62,372 bases of DNA, filler included, from 9 parts of 9 records of this genome joined end to end with filler, not necessarily neighbours in it; one strand, 5' to 3'. Counted from the first letter of the whole stretch, positions 31,726 through 41,411 are shown. The notes: generated from the sequence alone by a model not told the origin. Numbers and translations are program-made.

Positions 31726-31877
31726 CGACGCCTACACCCATACCCGTTTGACGCCTTGTGTGACAGGCTTGCTGAAATGGCGGCTCAAGCGGTAAAGGAG
31801 GTGCTGATTGCCGTTTGACGCCCATATTCTGATCTTTGGCCGGTATCCGGTGCCGGGAGAAGCCAAGACCCGCCTGA
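31726..31877 (+). repeat. 152-bp diverged direct repeat, copy 2
   Basis: Its oxidoreductase half has CAA>TAA; its second half is the functional TTG start of the glycosyltransferase. Confidence 0.9.
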
Positions 31878-33142
31878 TCCCGGCCCTGGGAGCGGAAGGC
31901 GCGGCCCGGCTCCACCGGCGCATGACCGAACATGTGGTGACCATGGCCCGGTCCGCTGTCAGGAAAATGGGACAAAGGAATACGGCCATCACCTTTTGTT
32001 TTACAGGCGCTCCCTTGAAAGCGTTTCAAACCTGGCTGGGGCATGACCTGGCCTATCTGGCACAGCCGTCGGGGGATCTTGGTTTCCGGATGCTGTGGGC
32101 GTTCAAGATGGCTTTTCTGGACGGTGCCGGTGCCGCCGTTGTCATTGGTTGTGATCTGCCCGAACTGACCGCCGATATCGTAGAGCAGGCCCTTGAACGC
32201 CTTGAAAAGAGCGATATCGTCCTTGGCCCGGCTGCCGACGGCGGGTACTATCTCCTTGGGATGAATGCCCTGCATCCGGGGGTGCTGGCGGGCATTGACT
32301 GGGGATCGGCCTATGTCTACCAGCAGACTTGCCACAGAATTAAATCCCTCGGCCTCGATCTCGCAGAGCTGTCAACCCTCAGGGACGTGGACCGGCCCGA
32401 AGATCTGGCAAGGCTCAGGGCCGATCCCGGTTTTGAACCCCTCTTTGCCGAAAAGCCCCTTATCTCGGTGATCATCCCGACCCTGAACGAAGCCCGGGCC
32501 CTGGGGCCGGTCCTAGAGCGTGTCCGGGAAGCAGAGGCGGTGGAAACCATTGTCGTGGACGGCGGCAGCCGTGACGACACCCGCGGCATTGCGACCCGGG
32601 CCGGCGCAAAGGTGGCGGAGGCGACGGGCGGCCGCGCCGCCCAGCAGAATGCCGGTGCAGCCCTCGCCAGGGGACGGTGGCTGCTGTTTCTCCATGGCGA
32701 TACTCTGCTGCCCAAGGGGTATGCCGACATGATACGGGAGGCCATGGCTTCCCCGGCCACGGTGGCCGGGGCATTCCGGTTCAGGACGGACGATCCCGGG
32801 TTAGGGATGCGCCTGGTCCACTGGGTGACAAATTTTAGGTCCCGTTTTCTGCAATTGCCCTATGGGGACCAGGGACTGTTCATGGAAAAAAGGGTGTTTG
32901 ACGAAGAGGGGGGATTCGCCGTCCTGCCCATCATGGAGGACTTTGAGCTCGTGGCACGCCTCCGCCGTCGCGGTAACGTCGTCACCCTTCCCCATGCCGC
33001 CATCACCTCGGCACGCCGCTGGCGGCAATTGGGAATCGTCCGCACCACCCTGATCAACCAGATGATGATCGCAGGTTTCCTTCGGGGCATACCCATCCGT
33101 AGATTGCTCCGCCTTTACCGCTCCCATGGAACCGGAAGGTAG
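31808..33142 (+). CDS. fused TIGR04282-like (CofC-like, DUF2064) + TIGR04283-like (GT2) arsenosugar-associated glycosyltransferase
   Basis: N-half GRYPVPGEAKTRLIP, QPSGDLGFRM, IGCDLP, LGPAADGGYYLLG, DVDRPEDL; C-half ISVIIPTLNEA, VDGGSRD, GRAAQQNAGA, PYGDQGLF, IMEDFEL, TSARRW. AAGGAGGT SD with TTG start. Confidence 0.88.
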   Translation: MPFDAHILIFGRYPVPGEAKTRLIPALGAEGAARLHRRMTEHVVTMARSAVRKMGQRNTAITFCFTGAPLKAFQTWLGHDLAYLAQPSGDLGFRMLWAFKMAFLDGAGAAVVIGCDLPELTADIVEQALERLEKSDIVLGPAADGGYYLLGMNALHPGVLAGIDWGSAYVYQQTCHRIKSLGLDLAELSTLRDVDRPEDLARLRADPGFEPLFAEKPLISVIIPTLNEARALGPVLERVREAEAVETIVVDGGSRDDTRGIATRAGAKVAEATGGRAAQQNAGAALARGRWLLFLHGDTLLPKGYADMIREAMASPATVAGAFRFRTDDPGLGMRLVHWVTNFRSRFLQLPYGDQGLFMEKRVFDEEGGFAVLPIMEDFELVARLRRRGNVVTLPHAAITSARRWRQLGIVRTTLINQMMIAGFLRGIPIRRLLRLYRSHGTGR

Positions 33143-33176
33143 ATGTTTTTTGCAAAAAAGAAAACTTGGGTGTGAT

Positions 33177-33722
33177 TTAACTTGCAGCCACCAGAACCTG
33201 GGCCGGACGCAACAGTTTATCGTGATATAAATACCCCTTTCTTTCAACCCTTACCACGGTATTGGGAACGGCTGAAGGATGCTGAATCATCCCAAGGGCT
33301 TCGTGTGAATTCGGGTCGAACACCGCGCCCAGGGCGTCGATTGTTTTTACATCATATTTGATAAAGAATTTATCCAGAATCTCCCTGAGCCCTTCGATTC
33401 CCTGAAGGGTCTTCCGGTCGTCGTCTTTACCGGGGATATGGTTCAGGGCCAGGTCCAGCCAATCAGCAACCGGCAGCATATCTCGCAGCAATTCTGTGTT
33501 TTGACACTCAACCTCCACTGCTGAGGCCCGTGCCAGGCGTTTTTTCGTATTTTCCAGATCAGCGAGCAGATGAAGATATTTATCTTTCCAGACAGATGTC
33601 GTATCGGATTTTTGCTCCTCAGATTCCCTTTGCCTGGAATTCTCTTTATTAGAACCGTAACCTGCCTGGGAAACGCATTTTTCAATTAAGGGATGGATCT
33701 TTTTTTGCCTCTCATCAGCCAT
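33177..33722 (-). CDS. grpE: nucleotide exchange factor GrpE
   Basis: DKYLHLLADLENTKKR, LPVADWLDLAL, FDPNSHEAL, KGYLYHDKLLRPAQVLVA. Confidence 0.88.
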   Translation of the reverse strand: MADERQKKIHPLIEKCVSQAGYGSNKENSRQRESEEQKSDTTSVWKDKYLHLLADLENTKKRLARASAVEVECQNTELLRDMLPVADWLDLALNHIPGKDDDRKTLQGIEGLREILDKFFIKYDVKTIDALGAVFDPNSHEALGMIQHPSAVPNTVVRVERKGYLYHDKLLRPAQVLVAAS

Positions 33723-34030
33723 CTTTAATCCTCATTTTCCATGATGTGCTCACCCGTTAAAACTTAGCGGTTATGACTGACCCTATTCAGCCTTTTGCCG
33801 CACCATCATATTTCTAAAGTCTTTCCATAGATGTGGAATAAAATGGTTCAATGGACTGGTTGACCATTCCGCGCACTGACAATTCTGCACCCGTACTTTT
33901 CGCGGTTTCCTCCAGCAGGGGACCCCATGTATGGGGGATGACGTTGCTTTGCCAGGGACTCGTCAAGGGCGGCCGGATATGATCTTCGCCAAGTTGCAGC
34001 GGCCTTACATGTCATGACCCCGTTCAACAA

Positions 34031-34309
34031 TCAGGAAAGATACTTTGCAAATTCCCGCATGGATTTGAGTATATCCAGAATGGCCTCGTGCATTCCACCG
34101 CCGAATGATCCCGATTTCGATTTTCCCTTCTCCCCGATCTTCCCTTGAACCTTGGATTTGATTTTCTTAAACTTCTGTGCAGCAAGTTCAAACTGCAGGC
34201 GATGCTCTTCTTCCATTTCCTTGATAACGTCTGCATTCACCTGCTGGATAAGTTCCTCAGCTTCAGCAAGCAATTGGTCCAGATCTGTGTGTTCTTTGTC
34301 TTCTTTCAT
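34031..34309 (-). CDS. small helical hypothetical protein
   Basis: AAGGAG SD, 92 aa, coiled-coil-like composition. Confidence 0.6.
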   Translation of the reverse strand: MKEDKEHTDLDQLLAEAEELIQQVNADVIKEMEEEHRLQFELAAQKFKKIKSKVQGKIGEKGKSKSGSFGGGMHEAILDILKSMREFAKYLS

Positions 34310-34560
34310 GCGGTCTCCTTATGGGATTTTATAAATGTCCGCCGGGTGTCATTGTTCTCAATCAGGCTGATGCAATTGGTGTCTGCTCCTGGCATTTTAA
34401 TGCATGATCTTCGGCCCGATGCTTTCAAACGTGTGTGTCACCTCAAAGACATGAAATCGGGAATTCTGGGGGAGCACCTCTTCGAGTAATTCTCTCAGTT
34501 TGGGGATATCCCATCGCCGGTTGCCAGAATCGTGACGGGCGGGATATAGCCAGGAGCCTT

Positions 34561-34879
34561 GTAACGTACAAGAATAAAAACAGGATAGATCAATCGATGC
34601 TTTTTGTCAAAAAAAGCATGGAAAAAAAACGCGCAACGGGTTCTAAACCCGATCCCGGAACCTGAACCGTCATGGCGACAGGAAAGCCAAAGAACGGCAT
34701 GCCAAAAACAGGTTCTGACGATCAGGCATTGAAATATATCCGGAACCTCTATAAAATCGAAGACGATGCAAAAGAGCAGGGATTGACCGGTGAAGATTTT
34801 TTTATGGTATCTGGATTCATCTCACCTTGCCGTTCCCACTGAAGCGGGCCTGCCGGGGTATCGTTTACTGGACGCTTAC
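34561..34879 (+). mobile_element. internally deleted IS66-family remnant (MITE-like)
   Basis: Right end reverse-complements to GTAAGCGTCCAGTAAAC (IS66-type IR); left end GTAACGTACAAG; internal QALKYIRNLYKIEDDAKEQGL resembles IS66 TnpC. Confidence 0.65.
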
Positions 34880-35035
34880 TTTGATATCGAACAGAACGCT
34901 TTCGCCTGAATTCGTTTTAAACTCCCTATAGGGCCACGGAAACCATGTACTTGGTTAGGCATAGTAAATCCTTTACAATAAAACAACAAACGATCGGAGT
35001 TCAGGCAACGATGATTCACCAGGGAGGCATGCCGT

Positions 35036-35269
35036 ATGAGAAAACGCCAGAAAGAAGAAATCCTGATCTCGTTTTTTAAGGAAAAACAGAAATACGAAAG
35101 ACTTGCACAGTACATTGTCCGTTTGATTAAAGATGATCCTGCATCCCCAAAAGAAAGCCTCCATACGATCATTCATCGAATAAAAGAGGGAAACAGGCTC
35201 ATAGAGAAAATCGATGAAGAGAATAAAAAAGCCGGACCTGATGCAGTGTCCATTACCAAAGGGTGTTGA
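35036..35269 (+). pseudogene. N-terminal fragment of a RelA/SpoT-type nucleotidyltransferase-domain protein
   Basis: GGAGG SD; YERLAQYIVRLI...HTIIHRIKEGNRLIEKI resembles the RxK motif of RelA_SpoT domains; stops early near the contig end. Confidence 0.4.
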
Positions 35270-35387
35270 AAACAGTTCGTTTTTAGCNNNNNNNNNNNNN
35301 NNNNNNNNNNNNNNNNNNNNNNNNNNNNNNNTTAATTAATTAANNNNNNNNNNNNNNNNNNNNNNNNNNNNNNNNNNNNNNNNNNNN

Positions 35388-35433
35388 CCCCCTGATTACA
35401 AATCAGGTGCTCTACCAGTTGAGCTACGCCAGC
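35388..35433 (-). tRNA. tRNA-Thr(UGU), 5' part; 3' part cut by contig end
   Basis: GCTGGCGTAGCTCAACTGGTAGAGCA then the anticodon arm CCTGA-TTTGTAA-TCAGG. Confidence 0.92.
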
Positions 35434-35445
35434 GTGAAGTCAGGC

Positions 35446-35474
35446 ATTGTACAGGGTAAAAACAATGCTGTCAA
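35446..35474 (-). promoter_or_regulatory. sigma70 promoter of tRNA-Thr
   Basis: TTGACA-N17-TACAAT, 12 nt upstream of the tRNA 5' end, with an A-rich upstream region. Confidence 0.8.
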
Positions 35475-35619
35475 TATTTTTTTTCCGTTTCTTGTTTTCT
35501 ACCTAAATTGCTTCTCAATTTTGGGTAGCTAATTATCCTGAAACGTTTAATGAAAATTGACCGCAGCACCGATACAAACGGTGCACACCTCTATATCCTA
35601 TAACGTTTTAAAAAACAAC

Positions 35620-35653
35620 AAAAAAAAAGCCGGAGGCAAAATGCCTCCGGCTT
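35620..35653 (-). terminator. intrinsic terminator after qmoC
   Basis: AAGCCGGAGGCA-AAA-TGCCTCCGGCTT with an A-run (U-tract on minus). Confidence 0.8.
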
Positions 35654-35678
35654 ATTCAACGTATTACCTGGTGAAATG

Positions 35679-36881
35679 CTAATCGTTCAACGGATCCTTA
35701 ACATAAGCAGATTCACGGAATCGTTCGAATGCCATGGCAAATGTCCTAAAGACAATATGGGCAAACTTAGTATAAGGCAGATACAGAAACAGCATCATCA
35801 CCGACACAAGGTGTAAATAATAAACAACATATCCAAGTGAGGGAATACCAACTAAACGAAGCAATTCAGCAGCTAAACCTGTTACACCAACACCTGCGAT
35901 CATCCAGATAAGGAACCAATCATAAAAAGTGTTAGTAGAAGTACCTGCAGCTTCCGCCTTAGTACGGTTCATCCAGAGGATTCCAATACCAACAATCATG
36001 GCTACCGCAGAAACGTTAGCCAATAACTTTACAGGATTCCACATGGATATCGGCCCATGCATCGATGGAATGAAAATCCCGATTACATCTTGGGTGAAAG
36101 CTGAGTAAATTGTAACAATAAACAATCCGATAAATGCAAGCATCAAGGGTAAATGTCCACGAACCCTGTCAGCATTGACAGTACATTCGCGAAAACGATT
36201 GTGAGAGACTATTTCCTTCAGTGATGGCCAGAGAAAATCTTTGACGAATAAGGAAGCTGAAGGCCTATAAAGGACTTCACCTATCCCAAGATTTCCTTCC
36301 ATCTTCTTCCACATGGCAGTGAGAGCCTTGTACAACGAAAAGACAGCAATACCGACGGCCGAAAGCATTATGATATCAATGAAGAGTACATTTTTTGATA
36401 ACAACCGGAAATCCCAGTGACCAAAAAAGTGTGTGTACCCTACATGGGCAAACTGCTCACCTGAAGGAATATGCATTCCACCAGAAATCATCCACAGGAC
36501 AAATATAGTTACAGCGGGTATACCAATAAGCATCGGCAGGTTTTTAACACTGCTACATAACTTGGCTAGCCCACTCGGCCAACCATAGTGTTGATAGGCG
36601 TAGGCTCTAATAGCACCAAGAACATCACCAGGCTTCGCTCCTCTCGGGCACATATCAGTGCAATCACCGCACTGGTGACAGAGAAAAACATTAGGATCTG
36701 CTAAAAGTTTATCCTTCATCCCCCACTGAGCAAGGATCATCTGCTTGCGTGGAAAAGGATCACCATCCGAAGATAGAGGGCAAGCTACAGAGCAAGTGGC
36801 GCACTGATAACACTGTTTCAGTGTGTCTCCACCAGCTACCTTCATAGACTTAATAAAATTTATATCTGGCTGTACGTTCAT
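35679..36881 (-). CDS. qmoC: quinone-interacting membrane-bound oxidoreductase subunit C
   Basis: Two CxxCxxCxxxCP motifs (CYQCATCSVACP, CHQCGDCTDMCP), a cytochrome b membrane part, YLPYTKFAH. Confidence 0.95.
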   Translation of the reverse strand: MNVQPDINFIKSMKVAGGDTLKQCYQCATCSVACPLSSDGDPFPRKQMILAQWGMKDKLLADPNVFLCHQCGDCTDMCPRGAKPGDVLGAIRAYAYQHYGWPSGLAKLCSSVKNLPMLIGIPAVTIFVLWMISGGMHIPSGEQFAHVGYTHFFGHWDFRLLSKNVLFIDIIMLSAVGIAVFSLYKALTAMWKKMEGNLGIGEVLYRPSASLFVKDFLWPSLKEIVSHNRFRECTVNADRVRGHLPLMLAFIGLFIVTIYSAFTQDVIGIFIPSMHGPISMWNPVKLLANVSAVAMIVGIGILWMNRTKAEAAGTSTNTFYDWFLIWMIAGVGVTGLAAELLRLVGIPSLGYVVYYLHLVSVMMLFLYLPYTKFAHIVFRTFAMAFERFRESAYVKDPLND

Positions 36882-36960
36882 AGACTTTTTATCCTCCTGT
36901 TATGAAATATGCCAAACCATATATCACTAATATTTAATGACACCAAACGAATTAAAAACT

Positions 36961-36990
36961 TAGCCGGCGTTGCTCGCGCAAAACCGGCTA
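36961..36990 (-). terminator. stem-loop between qmoB and qmoC
   Basis: TAGCCGG...CCGGCTA inverted repeat followed on the minus strand by AGTTTTT. Confidence 0.45.
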
Positions 36991-37006
36991 GGTAAATAAC
37001 AGGGGA

Positions 37007-39271
37007 CTAGAAGCCCTTAAATGGATTTGGCCCCATTTCAATGATCTCTTCAACAAACTCATCGATGATGGCCGGTACCTTGTCATAGTCGGAAATGGCA
37101 ATTTCTCGAACACCACAACGCTCTGGTTCGAGTCCAAGTGACCCGAGAGTTTCACCAATATTTTCCATACGCTTGGTAGCTATCTCAGACCCTTTAACAA
37201 AGTGGCACTGGTAATCATCGCCATACTTACATCCAAGCAACAGTGCACCATCCATTCCTGATGACATGGCATCCTTGATCCAAACCATATTCATAGAACC
37301 GAGGCAGCGTACAGGTATGAATCGAACCAAGGTGTTCATTTTGTTACGATGCATGCCAGACATGTCTATTGCAGGATAGGCATCATTTTCACAAACAAAA
37401 ACAACTACTCTCAATTTATCATCATCATCATCGGGTACTTCAATAGATTTAACCATTGAACCGATCATGTCGACACTGTAATCAGCAAAATTGATGATAC
37501 GCTCAGGACATGCCCCCATACAGGTACCGCAACGACGACAACGTGTCGGATTTGGCAGAGGTGTACCTTTCTCATCATCATCAAGAGCACCAAAAGGACA
37601 TTCCTCTGTACAACGTTTACATTGCGTACAGCGAGACATGAAAAAGTCTGGATAGGTCTGATCACCAGACCGCGGATGAACAGAAACACCGCGATTGGCT
37701 GATTCTATACACTGAATTGCCTTCAATGCTGCGCCGGTGGCATCATCAATGGTCTCTTCCATTGTTTCGGCTTTACGAACACCACCACAAGTGTAAACAC
37801 CAGTTCGTCGAGTCTCATAAGGAAAACAAATGAAATGAGAATCGGCATATCCATCAAAGAGGTCGAGATCCAAGAAAGCAGGACCTTGTCGATATGCAAG
37901 ATTAATTACGGATTCTGTAGCTGTTGTAGGCTCCATACCAGCAGCAAGGACAACCATATCAACTTCAAGGGCAAGATCTTCACCGAGCAGGGTATCTTCT
38001 GCTGTTACAACGAGCCCACTACCGGATTCCTCGACGTTAGTTACAGCTGCCTTGGTCATGAAAACGCCGTCTTTAGACTGCATGCCCTTGTAGAAGAGCT
38101 CAGCATTGCCTGGAGTGCGCATGTGCTGATACAAAATAAAGGCTTGTCCATTTTCAGGATTATCTTCGACTACATAATTAGCCTGTTTAAGGGCAACCAT
38201 TGAAGTAACAGAGTTGCAGAAAGGGAAATCCTTGTCACTTTCTTTAGCGCCGGGGCTTAAGACAAAGGCGACCTTTGCAGGTACTGTGCCTTGCTTGGCA
38301 AGCTTTTCAAACTCTGCATTGGTAACAACCTTGGCATACTTATCGTAACCAAGATGGTCGAATTCAGAAACAGAAGCTGGTTTCCAACCGGTTGCAAGTA
38401 CAACAGAGCCAAACATTTCGCCCTGAGGATTGATTTCAGTGTACTTAACAAGACCGTCGTTTGGATCTTCCAATTCACCTTTATCAATTTTTTCCTGCTC
38501 ATCTACTGTAACTTTTTCAGGTGCATCCCATTCTGACTCTACACCTGCATCTTTGATGGTTACGTTAAATGCGCCAGGCGCTCCGCCAATACGAGCTACC
38601 TCTGCTCCAGTTTTAATGGTTACTTTACCATTAGACTGTACGTCAGCAATCATTTGCTCAATATTAGGAGCTTCAAGCTCTGCATAGGGGTAGGACGTTG
38701 GGAACATTTTTCTCCATCCCAAAGCTTTTCCACCGAGTACAGACTCTTTTTCTACTATGGTAACTTCATAACCAGCCTTTGCGGCTTCGGTAGCTGCAGT
38801 TATACCAGCTATCCCACCGCCCATAACAAGAATTTTCTTGCTCAGGGTCTCCATCTGGTAGGGTTCAGGCTTTTCTGTCTTCTGTGCACGTGTAACAGCC
38901 ATGCGCACATAGTCTTCGCCCATTTCCTGGATAAATTCGTCAGTTTCCTCAGAGGCTTCTTCACCATCTTCAGGCTCACCAACAGTCCATGCAACATGTT
39001 CACGTAAGTTACCGCGAATAGTGATGGTGTTATCACCAAAATTAAACTCATCCTGCATTACGCGAGGAGAACAAGCACAGACAACGATGGTATTAACACA
39101 GTTATCAGCAATGTCCTGTTCGATAAAAGAACGACCACCACTCCCGCAAAGGCAGGCATGCTCTTTCATTTCAATGCCGGTTTCAGATGCAGCATCCTTG
39201 AGTCCATCTACATCAAGGACATCACCAATGCCGCACCCTGTACAAAGATATGCACCATATACTTTATCCAT
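37007..39271 (-). CDS. qmoB: QmoB (HdrA-like flavoprotein + ferredoxin + MvhD domain)
   Basis: YLCTGCGIG, GGGIAG, CFPYETRRTG, CTQCKRCTEECP, CRRCGTCMGACP, MvhD-like CENDAYPA...VRCLGS...GCKYGDDYQCHF. Confidence 0.95.
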   Translation of the reverse strand: MDKVYGAYLCTGCGIGDVLDVDGLKDAASETGIEMKEHACLCGSGGRSFIEQDIADNCVNTIVVCACSPRVMQDEFNFGDNTITIRGNLREHVAWTVGEPEDGEEASEETDEFIQEMGEDYVRMAVTRAQKTEKPEPYQMETLSKKILVMGGGIAGITAATEAAKAGYEVTIVEKESVLGGKALGWRKMFPTSYPYAELEAPNIEQMIADVQSNGKVTIKTGAEVARIGGAPGAFNVTIKDAGVESEWDAPEKVTVDEQEKIDKGELEDPNDGLVKYTEINPQGEMFGSVVLATGWKPASVSEFDHLGYDKYAKVVTNAEFEKLAKQGTVPAKVAFVLSPGAKESDKDFPFCNSVTSMVALKQANYVVEDNPENGQAFILYQHMRTPGNAELFYKGMQSKDGVFMTKAAVTNVEESGSGLVVTAEDTLLGEDLALEVDMVVLAAGMEPTTATESVINLAYRQGPAFLDLDLFDGYADSHFICFPYETRRTGVYTCGGVRKAETMEETIDDATGAALKAIQCIESANRGVSVHPRSGDQTYPDFFMSRCTQCKRCTEECPFGALDDDEKGTPLPNPTRCRRCGTCMGACPERIINFADYSVDMIGSMVKSIEVPDDDDDKLRVVVFVCENDAYPAIDMSGMHRNKMNTLVRFIPVRCLGSMNMVWIKDAMSSGMDGALLLGCKYGDDYQCHFVKGSEIATKRMENIGETLGSLGLEPERCGVREIAISDYDKVPAIIDEFVEEIIEMGPNPFKGF

Positions 39272-39282
39272 TGTCTCTCCTC

Positions 39283-40533
39283 CTAGCGTCCGATCTGAAT
39301 TGCTTTAAGAGCCGCTGCAGTAGAAGACTGGCCGCTGGAGTACACGTCAACAGCAGCTTTTGCACAGCCAGCAGATATCATCCCTTTTTCAGGTTCAGAA
39401 ACAATAAAGCCATTACCATCAACGGTAAGACCAAGTTCCTCTCCCTGAGCCATTGCCGGCTTCATACCTGTTGCGAGTACACACATGTCAACTTTCTGCT
39501 GAACCTTGTTTGCACTCAAGGTATCTTCTGCGATCACGGTCACACCGCCATCACCCTCGGCAACTATATCGGCAACCTTACCTTTGATAAAAATAGTATT
39601 CTCATCGGCTGTGAATTTTTCGCGGAAACTTTCGTATTTTCCAGGCGTACGGAGGTCTATATAAAATACATAGATCTTAGCTTCTGGGTACTGTTCACGG
39701 ATATAAGATATTTGCTTAAATGTTGCCATGCAGCAAATGTAGGAACAGTGTTCCATATGATTTTCGTCGCGAGAACCAGCACACTGAACAAATGCAAAGG
39801 ATTCGGGTTCCTTGTTATCACCAGGGCGAAGGATTTTTCCAGCTGTAGGTCCGTTATCGGCAGCCAGACGTTCCATCATCATGTTAGTGATAATCGCTGG
39901 AGAAGAATTGAACTTAAGGTTTTCAATCTTTTCAGCATCATAAGGATTCCAACCTGTTGACCAGATGATAGCACTCACATTCAAAGTAAATGTTTTGCTC
40001 TGCATTTCAGTATCAACGGCATCATATTTACATGCGCTCCTTACACTCTCGAGGCATTCCGCAGAACAGGCGTCCTTATCAAGCACATAACGACGAGGAA
40101 AAGCCATTTCATGAGGTAAATATGCGGCCTTAATTTTCCTCATCCCGAAGTTAAAGGGATCATCAATTTCATCAGTACAAGCTGCTGCGCAATCACCACA
40201 GGCAGTACAGTTAGAATTAATGTAGCGCGGTGCTGTCTCAAGCTCGACTTGAAAGTTACCAGGACCACCCGAAACCGATTTTACGGTTGTCATGGTGTAG
40301 CTCCTGATTCCTCGGTTGTCCTTGATACGTTTAAAGTTAATCTCAAGGCCACAAGTCGGCGGACAAAGTTTAGGGAAATATTGATTTAACTGTGCTACAC
40401 GGCCGCCGAAATAAGGATTCTTATCGATAATAAATACTTCTTTACCGACTTCCGCAGCTTCCAGGGCAGCTGTCAGGCCGCTAATACCGCCGCCCACAAC
40501 CAGTACTGCACCATTTCCTGCAGTGTCACTCAT
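39283..40533 (-). CDS. qmoA: QmoA (HdrA-like flavoprotein)
   Basis: GGAGG SD before ATG 40533; VVGGGISG, YFPKLCPPTCG, QCAGSRDENH..CSYICC; lies between aprA and qmoB. Confidence 0.95.
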   Translation of the reverse strand: MSDTAGNGAVLVVGGGISGLTAALEAAEVGKEVFIIDKNPYFGGRVAQLNQYFPKLCPPTCGLEINFKRIKDNRGIRSYTMTTVKSVSGGPGNFQVELETAPRYINSNCTACGDCAAACTDEIDDPFNFGMRKIKAAYLPHEMAFPRRYVLDKDACSAECLESVRSACKYDAVDTEMQSKTFTLNVSAIIWSTGWNPYDAEKIENLKFNSSPAIITNMMMERLAADNGPTAGKILRPGDNKEPESFAFVQCAGSRDENHMEHCSYICCMATFKQISYIREQYPEAKIYVFYIDLRTPGKYESFREKFTADENTIFIKGKVADIVAEGDGGVTVIAEDTLSANKVQQKVDMCVLATGMKPAMAQGEELGLTVDGNGFIVSEPEKGMISAGCAKAAVDVYSSGQSSTAAALKAIQIGR

Positions 40534-40655
40534 GCCAAACCTCCATAACTGCTGATAATTAATGAAAGGAGTTTTTTGTTTCAATTGATCCGAAGAGAAG
40601 AATTAACCTATCTTCTGTATCAACTCAAACAAAAATACCTCCGCTATACAAAAAA

Positions 40656-40684
40656 TCTCCAGACCCCTCAAGGGAGTCTGGAGA
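40656..40684 (-). terminator. intrinsic terminator after aprA
   Basis: TCTCCAGAC...GTCTGGAGA hairpin with an adjacent A-run (U-tract on minus). Confidence 0.65.
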
Positions 40685-40717
40685 TTAGTACGTCTTACAG
40701 TCACTATCTAATTGAGA

Positions 40718-41311
40718 TTAGATCCAAGGTTCTGTCTCAACGATATTGATGCACTCTACCTTTTCACACTTCCACTCCTGGGTCTTAGGATCAAAAGTGG
40801 AGTTAACGAAAGCTTTCCAGTTTTCGTCATCAACTTTTGGGAAGTCAGAGCGATAGTAGAATCCTGGGTAACGGGATTCTTTACGGAACTCAATGTGACG
40901 AATGTGGGTTTCAACACACCAGATGCGGTGATAGTTTTCCCAAGCACGCATCAATTCGTGCAGATCGCCGGCTGCCATCTTCGCAGCATCTTCACGCAGC
41001 ATCTCAAGGAGATCCAGGCAGATGTTGAGAAGTTTACCAGAGGTCATGTAGTATGTCGCAACACCACCACCATACTCATCGGTAGCTTTCATCAGTCGCA
41101 TCATCATACCAGCAGGCTTGCAGTAGTTAGGATTAACATTTTCTGCAGTAGAAGCGCCTACGTGCTCATGATACAGCTTAACTGGTGCGTAAATCTCATC
41201 AGCAAGCTCCTGAGCGGTTTGCGCCAGTTCAGGAGTGAAATCAGCATTATCACGACAGTACTTAACCATCTGCTTAGCACAGATACGGCCTTCAGCGTGA
41301 GAACCGGAAGA
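40718..41311 (-). CDS. aprA: adenylylsulfate reductase alpha subunit, C-terminal part
   Basis: SGSHAEGRICAK, RLMKATDEYGGG, DLHELMRAWENYHR, FRKESRYPGFYYRSDFP. Confidence 0.96.
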   Translation of the reverse strand, partial: SSGSHAEGRICAKQMVKYCRDNADFTPELAQTAQELADEIYAPVKLYHEHVGASTAENVNPNYCKPAGMMMRLMKATDEYGGGVATYYMTSGKLLNICLDLLEMLREDAAKMAAGDLHELMRAWENYHRIWCVETHIRHIEFRKESRYPGFYYRSDFPKVDDENWKAFVNSTFDPKTQEWKCEKVECINIVETEPWI

Positions 41312-41411
41312 NNNNNNNNNNNNNNNNNNNNNNNNNNNNNNNNNNNNNNNNNNNNTTAATTAATTAANNNNNNNNNNNNNNNNNNNNNNNNNNNNNNNNN
41401 NNNNNNNNNNN

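Noticed and set aside
35388-35433. Truncated tRNA-Thr as an integration (att) scar
   Set aside because: It is the 5' part with an intact promoter, cut by the contig end; att duplications usually involve the 3' end.
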